A DNA stretch of 55,223 nt from Phoronis australis. Taxonomy: Eukaryota > Animalia > Phoronida. A program made the translations under genes and the position numbers. Shown one piece after another: positions 1 to 11,890 of this stretch (the stretch's first letter is position 1; the number at the start of each line of letters is the position of its first letter). The notes under the pieces are model-generated. The model was not told the origin of the DNA, ran no database searches, and saw only the letters and a list, made by a program, of their open reading frames with translations. Location: contig NMRA01000364.1 of the NCBI GenBank assembly GCA_002633005.1, forward strand, positions 1 through 55,223, read 5' to 3'.

Positions 1-532
1 GGCCGGCCGCGACAGGCCTGATCAGGCTCCGAGCCACAGGCCAGGATAACAAGCGATTGTGTTTAGAACTCAAAAAACCACAAGTCTAAACAACACAGAT
101 CTAGGTTCTCCTGTCTGTATCCCACAGAAAATACTTCGAAATTACCTCCAAACAGACCCCAAACTCCTGCTACGGACCTTATTGGCCTGCTGAACTTTGT
201 AGGCTACGGTGTGTCCAAATACCAATAAATCCGTAAGAGCTAAATAAAACAAAAAGTTTTTATAAGAACTCGGTGTATTTTTAAGGGTTTTACATCGAAG
301 TTTGATGATTTATTGGTGTTAAACGATGACTTCAAGCAATAAGCTGACACAAGTAACCCGTGTTGTGAACTGCTGAGCAGACTGCGTGTGACACCGATGA
401 CGTCATTGGATAATTTCAACACCTCCGTCTGCCGTCAGGTGTCAGGTAATGCAACCGTATGTGTCGTTATGGAGTAGAACTACTCAATCTAAATTGATAC
501 AAATTAGGTTGTTTTTTGGGTGGCATGCTCCT
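1..532 (+). mobile_element. Right end of a Kolobok-type DNA transposon (same family as 45871-47532)
   Basis: Aligns by eye with 46985-47532 and ends GGGTGGCATGCTCCT followed by TTAA (533-536). Confidence 0.8.
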
Positions 533-814
533 TTAAATCATCCTGACTACCACGGAGAACCTGACCAAAAAGTTGTCTTTGTCTCACCTCTGAAGTGACA
601 AAACAATGGACTCTGCAGTTCGTGAGAACAGAAGAATGTGAACAAAGAAGGAACACTGCTAGTTGGGAGGAGGGGGGTGCTTACCTTGTTTTTGTTCAAT
701 AATAAACTCAAACATTCAAATTATCAAAGCACAATCAATGCCAACTGATTGAAAAGATTCAGGCGGTCGTGAATTGGCAAAGTTGAAGAAATCAGTTCTT
801 TATTGTTTACATAC

Positions 815-2611
815 TTTGGTGGTGTAGCGGCGCAGTACTGTGCCCCCGGTGTGGAACCGTAGGGTGTGACAGGATCACCAGGGCTTGTTGAGAATGACGC
901 TGAGCAGTAATCAGGATTATCTTCACTGATGGGCTCCTCAGAGATGCTGTTCCTGAAAATGTATCAAGAGCAGCAAACATGAGACAATTACAGTTATTAG
1001 AGTTCTTCTTTTTTCAAATGTTAATTACGAATTAAAAATATAATATTCACTGTTGGAGTTAAGCCCGGAAAGCCCTAAAAGGATTAATTTATTTATAGGA
1101 CCCAAAATATTACATAAAAATACATCAGAATATACCGATGAATGCACATATTCCTGTTAGACTTAACCTGACAGAAGGAAAAATATTCTTCAACTTAACA
1201 CAATGACTATGGCGTATAAGTGGAATTTTATTTTGCCAAAATTCTCAAACAAAAAAATAAGACAAACCGCATTATCATTAGCACAGTTTTTATTGAACAA
1301 CTATCACAAAATGAAAACTTTTGTAAATTTTTAATGATGCAATTAAATTTTGAAAAATGAAAAATTGAAATTTTATTCCAGTAAAGAATCTTCGATTTCA
1401 AAACAATAAAATTGCCATATCTCAATTTTGCAGTTCAGTATATGCCATTACCAATGATCAAAGCTACACCATACAACCCACGCTATAGGCAATGACAATT
1501 TTTCAGAAAAGTTGAGAAATTTGAAATTAAAAAAGAGATTTCGATAGTCTGCTATACCATGTCCTAAACTGAAAAATTCATACTACTTATTTTTGTGTGA
1601 AAATGAGGAGAATGTCACAATTAAAAGAAAGGTTACAATTTACAGCTCCAAATCATCATTGATACCAAAGTTGGTCTGGGCCGAGATCAGAAATAGTAAG
1701 TTAATTACGACAAAATTTACGTATATTTAAGCAAAATTATGACATGGCAAGGGTGTCCCACGTCTCTTTAGTGGTCAATGACATATCAACTTGATGCAAA
1801 AGTGCAGTTTTACTATGGCTAAATCATGCGCTTTTATAACAAAAGCTGTGCCTATTACCGGAATTACACAAATACGTTGCCCCGACGTGTCTAGCCGGAG
1901 TAAAACCAAAGTAAATAATTTTAAAATAGGACGAGAGTGAAGCTTGATCGACTTATCCATTACAACCTGATTCATATTGATATGTATACAATGGAAAATA
2001 CCAAAATTGAAAGAAAGATATGTAAAACAGTCATTTTAACACGTGCAGTCGCAAACAATCACAAACCTTGATCCCCTACGGAAACCCCGGCTACAAGGCG
2101 TAGGACTGGCATCCATCTTGAAGTAATCATCCTGACAATTACATGTCAAGTCGCGACTGTTCTGAGGAGATATTAACAACTTGGTACGGTACGCCACACT
2201 CAAAGTAATAGTACCAACAGGCATCGCCACTGATCCAATGGTTCGCTTAATTGCTACTTCCTGATCCCAGAGAGTTGAGTTGAGGTTCTCCTAGTAAAGC
2301 CTGTAGCAAATGACATAGGAATCTTGGCCTTGTTTACGAGACAGTTTGTAACCAGGTACAACACGGGTATCGCAAAATAGAGACTTCAGTAGTGTCCCCA
2401 TCCTATTGTAGATTGTGTAGGACACCCTAGAAACAGGGTCAGTTGGTGGGTTCATACTGAGCACCCACTGTTCCAATACCCTGGTTTCGCCCTCTGCCAT
2501 CTTCAGGGAGATCTCTAGGCACACCGCTTGACCATTGGTCAACAGCTGTCCAGCCAATACTCGCTTTGTTTCCGTGGTGACATCTGATATGTCACGGATG
2601 TTCAAGTTGAA
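815..2611 (-). pseudogene. ATG13: ATG13 (autophagy-related 13) HORMA-domain gene, disrupted or partial copy; exons 2611-2067 and 952-815
   Basis: Exon 2611-2067 (ttttag|TTC ... AAG|gtttgt) reads FNLNIRDISDVTTETKRVLAGQ...CLEISLK...VSYTIYNRMGTLLKSL...TRVVPGYKLSRKQG...YRLY...PVGTITLSVAYR, matching the metazoan ATG13 HORMA domain. Exon 952-815 (138 nt, phase 2-2) reads EDNPDYCSASFSTSP, like the human EDSQEVCTTSFSTSPP segment. There is an in-frame TAG at 2293-2291, and the conserved GEPQLNSLGSG lies in a shifted frame. N-terminal exons were not found in the window. Confidence 0.85.
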
Positions 2612-2944
2612 CTAAAAAATAAAGCAGTTTAAAAATGGTAAAGCATTTCTCCATAAAACCAGGAAAGTCAGATACAGGGTTAGGGATTGGTTTGGAAGGG
2701 CCTACTTAGTAGGTACCCTGATTTTTGCCAGTTGGCAAGGTCTAGAATTTTGAAAGTACAAGATAACTGGTTAGGTGTAGAGCTTGTACAATGTGACTCA
2801 CCAGCAGGCAATGTTGCACCAGTTATACAAAAAAACTGGCACAATTGCTGGGATATGTTACGGCACTGGTCGGATACAGCGGTCTCTGATTTTGATAACC
2901 AGTTTCATCGATATTGGATAACGAGCCCGTTATTTAGCGATTGC

Positions 2945-3249
2945 CTGGTTCTCAAAATCAGGGACCACTAATTGGACCAAAGGTCCTGTTTTGAAACAGC
3001 TTGACGAGCGATCGTACTCTATTGAAACACTGACAAGTGTTGTTTGCCGAAATCGCCAACACATAAAACCGGCGAAAGAAGTCAGACAGGCCGAGCCTGC
3101 AGACTACAAACCGGAACACCATGGTTGATGAAAAATCTGTCAAAGAAAGCTCCGACCCACACACCATCAAAAGTGAAGTAAGACCTAACCAGCCTGTGAC
3201 AACCAGATCTGGGAGAGTGATTAAACCACCTGTGAGATACACACAGTGA
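2945..3249 (+). mobile_element. Gypsy/Ty3 LTR-retrotransposon integrase C-terminal remnant
   Basis: Frameshifted peptide NWTKGPVLKQLDERSYSIETLTSVVCRNRQHIK ... PVTTRSGRVIKPPVRYTQ* is the typical Gypsy pol C-terminus (RSY..RNR.H and TRSGRVIKPP motifs). Confidence 0.75.
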
Positions 3250-3872
3250 GGAAATTGGTCAGAATAATACCAATCACTGTTTGTTCTTGTCACTCTGATA
3301 GTCCACCCAGAGTTGACTGGATGACCCATAGCTATTTACTACTGTTTACTACAATGATCCATAAGCAGCTTGTGTTTGTTTTGATTCCAGAACACTGACA
3401 CTATCCCTTAACTGAACTAAGCATATTTACACTAATTTGTTACTATGCTGGAATTTGTGTCTTATGATAAACTGAAGACATCTGTTTTCTATTAACTTAA
3501 CTGGGCACCACTGGATGACATGCACTGTGGCTGAGGACAGACTGGAGAACTTTAGATATAAACACTGGACCATGAGTAAGAACTTTCAGAGAAGGGAGGA
3601 TGTTATGTTCGTGGTTTTCATTAAACTTGCAGAGTCCAAAACATAACCTTATATGGCACTGGTAGCTAGAATCATAGATTGTGTAAGTTGTGCAAAACAA
3701 TTCTCTGAAATCTGATTATGACTCATGAGCATATGATCTTTATAGTTCTGACAAACAAGTTTTCAGTTGAGAGTTAGACAGCATTACAAGTGAATAGATT
3801 ATCTTGTAGATCTCTAGAATAAACCCACGTAAAAACGTAACACAGAGTTGTGTTTGAAAGAGGTTTCCATAC

Positions 3873-4281
3873 ACTTGGGTCCTATATTTTTCAGTGAATT
3901 CGTGCGCGCCGATTGAAAGTCTCTGCTATGTTGCAAAATCTCTTATCCTGGGCCGATTTGAAAAATTCAAAGTTGTACTCATATTTGTTTTCGCTCCTCT
4001 TTTCAAATATTACAGTAAAAACTACTTGTAACTCTCTCCATAAAAAGTACAGTCTGCTAGGTAGATTGTAATCAGCTGATCATATCCGCATGAGCGAAGC
4101 CAATTATCCTCGCTCATGACTCGATGAATAGAGCAGCTTGGCGGCATCCTTTTGATAGTGAGCCGAGCGCGACTCAGCCAAGGTGGATAAATACGGTCTA
4201 GTTCAATTTTTCATACCCCACCGTTTACCTTGACGACCGGGGTTAGGACCAATCTTATTTAGTCGGACTGTTCATAGCATG
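3873..4281. repeat. Interspersed repeat, copy 1 (~410 bp; copy 2 at 6775-7188)
   Basis: Near-identical direct copies. The core is bounded by short inverted TGCTATG...CATAGCA. Confidence 0.85.
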
Positions 4282-4436
4282 ATCTGTAAAAACAGTTGTA
4301 AGAAATCTTTGGTGTCCAGTCCTGATATCTATTTCTCAAATCGACATTTTGCTGATACGTTATTTACGTTTTCTACAGTCAACCACTTTCGAGTGTTTCA
4401 GTGACAATAATGATTATAATAAACACATTGACCTAC

Positions 4437-4571
4437 CTGAGAACACTGTGCCCTTTGTATTTTCCAAATCAGAGTTGACCACAGTGTTGTTGTCACCACG
4501 ACTTTTCCCGCTACAACTGGGCTCATTCAAAGGAATGCCAAGATATCCATAACCACCACTTTCACTGGAGG
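4437..4571 (-). CDS. Putative internal coding exon of an unknown gene (135 nt, phase 1-1), paralogous to 7415-7552
   Basis: ttttgtag| ... TCAG|gtaggt; open frame SSESGGYGYLGIPLNEPSCSGKSRGDNNTVVNSDLENTKGTVFS. Confidence 0.5.
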
Positions 4572-4727
4572 CTACAAAAATATTTCAGTGACATCTGAAT
4601 GGAAAAAGTTATGGTTACACAACACAGCTGATAATTTAACTACTGCTTTTAGTACATTTTAAAAACTGGTGCCCTGTACTATTCACTAACACTGTAAATG
4701 CATGGTAATGACTGCGCTGTCAAGATA

Positions 4728-5945
4728 ACAACGAGAGCGCTCGGAAGAGCGACACTTGGCGGAATTAATCAAAAAGACGACAATGAGAGCGACGACGACA
4801 ATCATAACGATCAAGGCGGCAATAATGGATAACACGGTAACATTCATGTGACTAGCGAAGAAATCGAATAGAGAGCATATAATGAACTACAATGAAGAAC
4901 AATAGATGGCGCAACATGACGGTCCAGTCTACAGTAAAACAGTGCTGGCTGGGTCAGTCTCGGTCAACTAGGCATAACCAAAACAAAGTGAACTAACTGA
5001 AAGCCAGCCAGCTGCGTGCATATGTGACCGAAGGAACAACGGTATCCAAAAATCTCGAATAATTCAAAAAGTAGACGTCGTAGCGCAAAATGGAAAAATC
5101 TTCTAAAAGCCCGTTCAAAACTCTATCTAAAATGGTAGTTTGGCAAACACTATAACATTCATGTAACTAGCGACAAAATCAAATAGAGAGCATACAATGA
5201 ACTACAATAAAGAACAATAGATGGCACCACATGACTGTCCAGTCTACAGTAGAACAGTGCTGGCTGGGTCAATCTGGGTCAACTAGGCATAATCAAAACA
5301 AACTGAACTGAAAGCCAACCAGCTGCGTGTGACCGAAGGAACAACGGTATCCGAAAATCTCGAATAATTCAAAAACTGGACGTCGTAGCGCAAAATGGAA
5401 ATTATCATCTGAAAGCCCGTTCAAAACTCTATCTAAAGTGGTAGTTTGTCAAACACGATAACATTCATGTGACTAGCGAAGAAATCAAATAGAGAGCATA
5501 CAGTCAACTACAATAAAGAACAATAAATGGCGCAACATGACGGACGAGCCATGCTTTAAAGTAGGACAGTGTTGGCTGGGTCAGTCTGGGTCAACTAGGC
5601 ATAACCAAAACAAAGTGAACTGAAAGCCAGCCACCTGCGCGCTTGCATAGGAACAAACGTACGGTATCCGAAAATCTCGAATAATTCAAAAAGTAGACGT
5701 CGTAGCGCAAAATGGAAAGTATCTTCTGAAAGCCCGTTCAAATCTCTATCTAAAGTGGTAGTTAGGCAAAAATCAAAAAAATTTTCGAGAAAATTGAAAA
5801 TTTGCCGGTTTTTTTTGAAATTCAAAGTCAAATAACTCGAAAACGGTAAGTCTGAGAAACACGCTCTCGCAGACTTTTTGAAAGGCCATACTTCCAAGGA
5901 ATCCACATGCAAAAATTCACGTCATTTGCTCTTCCCATAAAAAAT
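4728..5945 (-). mobile_element. Helentron-associated interspersed element (HINE), 5'-truncated, with internal tandem array
   Basis: Reverse-complement homology to 11220-11890. It has a terminal hairpin GAGCGCTCGGAAGAGCG next to the subTIR ACTTGGCGGAA. Confidence 0.7.
4831..5763. repeat. Tandem repeat, 3 units of ~306-315 bp
   Basis: Units start with AACAC..TAACATTCATGT at 4831, 5146 and 5452. Confidence 0.95.
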
Positions 5946-6774
5946 GCGACACCAGAGCGATTAAAACCGTGTGAATAGGAAAATTTGAACTCTTGAATAA
6001 AAATATAGTTTCGACTCAACAAATTACCTGAAAACTTCCTTATGTTTCACAATTTTTAAAGTTCATGTGGAGTCCAAATTGCGATTAAGTCCAAATTTGC
6101 GCTACATCAAACCCCACAACACGAGAAAAATCTGTGGATGAACACACATGTTTTTGTCACGTGACGTTTGTTTTGAAGTTCGTTTGCGTATGAGAGTGAG
6201 TGAGCGTGCGTGTGCGGGTCATCGACGACAGACTTTTTGTTACAAAAGGCGGAGGATTATGCAAGAAAATGGCGTTTACTAGATTGTTTTTCACTTAAAC
6301 GGCTGCAACATGCAAGGTGAGTGCTGGTTTGAGCTCACAGATTTTGTGTGCACAGGCCCACTGTCGTTAGCTCTGCCGTGGAGTATTAATAGTCCAAGGC
6401 TCGATGTACATGTTAGGGACGAGGTGAACTACCCGGGCTGTGTGAAATTTCTGTGTCTAACGGAGACACTGACGCAGTGGTCAGCCAATTCACTGTATCA
6501 AGACTATAGTCAAAATCCAAATTCGTTTTATCGTGTCCCTGTCAATAATAACGGCATGCTAAAGACTTCTTAATTTTCGTACTTCAGGAACATAACAATA
6601 ACATGTTTTGTACACGTACGCGCACGCCGCAGATCACATCTCGGAAATTGCCGATTTGACGGATGACAATGAATGAACACAATGAAATTAACAATGTCGT
6701 TTTACAGCTTGTAAGATTCATAATAAAAGTACGTATTTTGAATATTGCAATGCATGTGTTCTAAAATCTAAATA

Positions 6775-7188
6775 ACTTGGGTCCTATATTTTTGTATTAG
6801 TGCGCGCCGAATGAAAGTAATCGTGAGTGTTGCTATGTTGCAAAATCTCTTATCATGGGCCGATTTGAAAAATTCAAAGTTGTGCTCATATTTGTTTTCG
6901 CTCCTCTTTTCAAATATTACAGTAAAAACTACGTTAAACTCTCTCCATAAAAAGTACAGTCTGCTAGCTAGATTGTAATCAGCTGATCATATCCGCATGA
7001 GCGAAGCCAATTATCCTCGCTCGTGACTCGATGACTAGAGCAGCTTGGCGGCATCCCTTTGATCGTGAGCCGAGTGCGACTCAGCCAATGTGGATAAATA
7101 CGGTCTAGTTCAATTTTCCATACCCCACCGTTTACCTTAACCACTGGGGTTAGGACCAATCTAATTTAGTGGGAATGTTCATAGCATG
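6775..7188. repeat. Interspersed repeat, copy 2
   Basis: Direct repeat of 3873-4281. Confidence 0.85.
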
Positions 7189-7414
7189 TGAAGCAGGTAA
7201 CACATTCATAATAAGTGTAACCTGGCTAAGAAGTAGTTGAATCAGCCACATTTTTCTAGTGTCCTTAAATCACTACAAAGAATGTACGAAAAGACACTAG
7301 AGATATGTAGACGATTCAGGTTCAAGGTTGTGCTCAATAAAATGTGCATTTAACAAAGGCCTACTACCAACAGAAACCATCTACAAGATGGGTTCAGCAT
7401 GTGTTCCCCTTTAC

Positions 7415-7552
7415 CTGAATATTCTGCTTCTGTGTTGTCCAAGCCAGAGCTGACCACAGTATCGTCAAGGGCAGAGTGATCTTCAATAAAACTGGAATCA
7501 TTCAAAAGAACACTGAGAGGTACATCATCGTCATCATCACTTTCACTTGAGC
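7415..7552 (-). CDS. Putative internal coding exon of an unknown gene (138 nt, phase 1-1), acidic
   Basis: ttttttag| ... TCAG|gtaaag; open frame SSESDDDDDVPLSVLLNDSSFIEDHSALDDTVVSSGLDNTEAEYS. Confidence 0.55.
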
Positions 7553-9706
7553 CTAAAAAATAGTTGACAAACACCGGAATTGATAACCACGTTTTACGTT
7601 ACACAATTCATGAAACCCCAAAGCATACAAACAGAGTTGAATGGGGGCAGTAACGTTATATCCATTGGGAGGTGACTTGCCTGGGGTCCCCTACATAACG
7701 CTAAACCCTCGTGAGAGACCGCCCCAAGTTGGCTGCTGGAGCAACTCGGGGCGGTCTGGGATCAAGCGGAAAAACCACAGGATAGATCTGTGGTCGACAA
7801 ATCTATTAGGTCGATTACATTTTATTGCCCGTGAAGCCGCTAAGAGCTGCCTGAAGAAATATGACTCGCGCGTTTGTATTTTCGCCTTTTTCAATGACAT
7901 GTAAGATTCATCAACAAATTCCTCATAAAATTCTGAAAACAAGGGTTTTTCTCCCACGAAAATCGATGAAGTTTTTGCCGAGATATTTCACTTTTAGTAC
8001 AGGTTAGCCCTGCACACTCAGAGAATCGTCACACAAGATTACTACGCGGTAATGCGGTTTCACTGTCAACAAAGGAATTGACGTCAAAATCGACTTATAA
8101 TTGTCATTTTTAAACTATTTGCATGTTAAATTATCAAAATGTAAGTAAAATCGTACTCTATATTTTAACAAGAAAACAGCAATTTCATTTTGGTGAACAT
8201 AAAAGGACCTAACTCACGCATGGTTGTGAGTAGTGAGTCCGGCCAACACGTGAGGATGGCTGTGTTGTTGTTTTTGCTCTCAACTCAAAAGTAGCCGTTT
8301 CAAAATGGAAGATGGACAGAAAATGCAGGCAGGTGACGAAAACGGCCATTGGAAGGAAGCAATTGAGCGGGGAGTAAATGACAGCGCTGGGAATTCACGT
8401 CGGTTTTCCTGGATGGCCGTCTGAGTTTGACCAGCTCGTCGAACCGTGATTCGTGAGAGGCTGAGCCGATCGACTACGTCGGGCTCGGTACCTGGACCTG
8501 GTGAAGAAAAGCGTAAGTATTTTTTGTCATCCCTTATGCTCGCATGATGCTGTTGGCTGTATAGATAAAGTATACCGTGTTTGCGTGGGATTTTGTCTTC
8601 GTGAAATTACAGACTATGTACTTGTACCACATTTAAAGTCAGAGAAACATTGTTACATAGTGAAAGATAAACGTCTGGACGAATATACCATGGTGCCTTC
8701 AATGTTGTGTTTGTTCTTTGTAAAGTAGATTTACTGTAACAAGTCCGATGTTGTCAGATTGAATTGGTATTCCGGGATTTTCAATGCCAGTGCCTGAGAT
8801 CCAGGCAGAATTTTTGGAATGGTGTTCGCAAATGAAATAATGTCAAGCAATTGTTTTAAATTACCATTTAAGTTTTATTAATAAGAGGTGGAGACAGCAA
8901 TCTTCAGCCGTGTCTTTGTTACCTTGTTCTCATTTCTTTACATTTGTTTATGTTTGATCATTTCCTTGTTTTCTGTACATCCCCCAACCCCCTTGCTATA
9001 GTGCACTCTCTGTTGACTGAATTTGATGACATATAATATATTGATAAGCCATTGTATTCTGCATACCAGTACAAGCCTAACCCTTAGTCCTACACACCTG
9101 GCCCTATTGTTCACTCTTGACTTTTGTTTACAAAATAATCCAGTCCAGTCNTCACTCTTGACTTTTGTTTACAAAATAATCCAGTCCAGTCTACACCCTG
9201 ATTGCTTAGTTTAATATTTACCAGTGAATAAACTGTATTTCACTTGTTGAACCTTTTCTTACTATCATGCAGCTCTTGCTTGACAGTGCACATGTACTTT
9301 TATCTCCTCTTTTTCGAACCACTCATTAAAGCGTTTTATGGGGTTCGGTTTCCTTTCATGAATGTTTTCATCGTTGGTTTCTAATTCGTTCAACTGCTTC
9401 CCAAAACTCCTGAGTCCTGAGCATTGAGCAACACTCGACAATCCCTCTAAAAAATGTTGCCCTTCCAAACAGTGATGTGACCTTCTGACTACATGAGTGT
9501 AAGTTGTGGTACACTACTGCACCTGCACAAGGTCATCAGCACCAGAAGTTTTAAAATCACACCACCAAAACTGTGACTGTTTACATTTCAGAGAGCTCGC
9601 CATGACAATTTCAAGAAGGTATACCTCTTGACAGTTGCATTTATGTACACGTTGAAGCCTGGAGAATACAGACTTGATCAGGGCTTGGAATTTCCGTCTT
9701 TTAAGA

Positions 9707-10088
9707 GGAATTCTTTTTGGTGACGATTTTCTCTGATTGGATTTCCAATTTCCTCTTTTTATGATTTTTTCGACTTTATTAAATGTTTAGTTCAGGTAAA
9801 TTTTACATCCAAAAATGTCTATCAGCCAAGCCTATTTTTTGTGTATCATACATCAGCTGGAAATTTCTCCGCTGTTTTTGTTATTGCTCATTCCAAGCTC
9901 TAGGAATTCTTTTTTTGGTGTCGATTTTCTCTGATTGGATTTCCAGTTTCCTCTTTTTATGATTTTTTCGACTTTATTGAATGTTTAGTTCAGGTAAATT
10001 TTACGTCCAAAAATGTCTATCACCCAAGCCTATTTTTTGTGTATCATACATCAGCAGGAAATTTCTCCGCTGTTTTTGTTATTGTTCC
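9707..10088. repeat. Tandem duplication, 2 units of ~195 bp
   Basis: GGAATTCTTTTTGGTG...TCCGCTGTTTTTGTTATTG occurs at ~9707 and ~9903. Confidence 0.9.
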
Positions 10089-10676
10089 AATTCCTGTAAA
10101 AAGATCAATGACAGGGCCCAGGTATCAATTCCGGTATTTTCGGCACTTAATCATGTTTGAAAGTGTTGTACTGTGTTTGGAAATTTGTTTGAAAAGCTGT
10201 TTTTTTTCTGCTCAACAGCTTATGACCTTGCTGGATTTAAGGGCCCCACCAGAGCATTTATTAGTGTGCCCTCCACTCATTTCCAATGTTCTATGTATAT
10301 CAAATGCTTTGAGATGCCAGCAGGGTAGTGTTCTGCATGCAGCTTTGTTGACCAGTGGTCAGTGAGAATGTCCTACTCACATATGTATGAATGCATAGTA
10401 TGTGCACCTCATTCATGTACCACACCAGTATTGCCTGTGTGGTTTTGGAAATGTGTAAGCTGCTTGTGTTGTATGGGCATTGTTGAGCTTGAAATGCTAG
10501 TTTTACTCCTATAAAACTAGGGATGTATTTATTGCGACATGTGTCCGTTATTGTTGTTACTAGTTTATTGCTTAATCAGTGTATCTATTTTGAATATTCT
10601 TCAAGCCTTGGATGACTGATCTTTTCAGTTTAGGTTAGTTATTGTTTGCATCCCATGAAGTGAATTACATACTGTC

Positions 10677-11890
10677 TTTACTTGGCGAAATAAATTTCGC
10701 CAAGTATGTTGCTCTGTCATTAAGTTTTGTTTGTTTGTTCGCACGATACAGGTGGCAATTTTCGTCTGATCATCACGAAATTTACACATAACACGTAGTT
10801 CCGGAAGTCCTGAAAGCCTATTGTTTTTCGTCATAATCGGATCCAAGATGGCGGATATGGCGGCCATTTTGTTTCCATTTTAAGATTCAAATGCTCCTGG
10901 AGGCTATAATTTTGTACGCACTGGACTGAGAATGGGGACCATTATTGAAGAGGGCGCGTGCTACATTTGTACTGGAAATTGTTAACTTCCGGTTAAAGAT
11001 GGCGGAAATATCGGCAAACGCGCATGCGCACCTCGATTTTGGGGAAAATGTTTTCTCCTGTAGAGGGCGCATTATAGGGCAATTCCTCCAAATTTTTGCA
11101 GGTGTTAGTTTCTTATCACATTCTATTATTCAGATCTAAAAAACCGGAAGTTGCTTCCAAGATTGCGGATTTGGCCCATGTTGACCTATTTTCAGTCGTG
11201 CTGGAGTGCCATTTTAATAGGGAAGAGAGAATGACGTGAATTTTTGCATGTGGATTCTTTGAAGTATAGCCTTTCAAGTAATCTAATATTTTTTTCTCAG
11301 ACGTACCGTTTTCGAGTTATTTGACTTTGAACTTCTTAAAAAAACGCAAAATTTCATTTTTTTCGAAAAAATTACGGAATTGTGTGATACGATCAATTTA
11401 GATGGAGTTTTGAAGGGGATTTCAGAAGATATTTAATTTTCCAGTACGACGTCTAATTTTCGAATTATTCGAGATTTTCTGATAGCGCTGTTCCTTTGTT
11501 GAGCGCTCTCAGTGCATTGATGTTGGTTAAACTTCAATTGAACAAGACTGTAGCCTATTTCTTACTGATTTATGACATCTAAGTTCGTCATATGAATGCC
11601 ATGATGTTTGTTCATCATCGCCCCCACCATCATCATATTCGTCATCTTCGTTATCAACTTCGTCATCATCTCCGTCGTTGTATTTTTAGTTAATTTCGCC
11701 AAGTGTCGCTCAAGACTGTAGCCAATTTCTTACTGATTTCGGACTTCTACGTTCGTCATGTATATGTTATTATTACTTCTATTGTTCATCCTCGCCACCA
11801 TTGTCGTCATATTCGTCATCATAGTCATCATCTTTATCGTCATCTTTTTAGTTAATTTCGTCAAGTGTCGCTCCTCGGAGCGCTTTCATT
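10677..11890 (+). mobile_element. Near full-length HINE (DINE-1/DTC84-like non-autonomous Helentron)
   Basis: 5' hairpin TACTTGGCGAAATAAATTTCGCCAAGTA (10679-10706), a (GTTT)n microsatellite, a 3' subTIR TTTCG(C/T)CAAGT followed by the palindrome GCTCCTCGGAGC, and T-rich flanks. The 3' portion is internally duplicated. Confidence 0.75.

Noticed and set aside
4831-5763. Regularly spaced repeats as a CRISPR array
   Set aside because: Units are contiguous ~310-bp copies with no unique spacers, in a eukaryotic context with no cas genes.
8305-8518. GC-richer plus-strand segment with ATG and a GTAAGT donor, weakly recalling a GTF3C3-like N-terminus
   Set aside because: It needs two frameshifts and has stops in the candidate frames, and no downstream exons were identified.
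9112-9191. Exact ~40-bp tandem duplication around a single N
   Set aside because: Typical contig-overlap assembly artefact.
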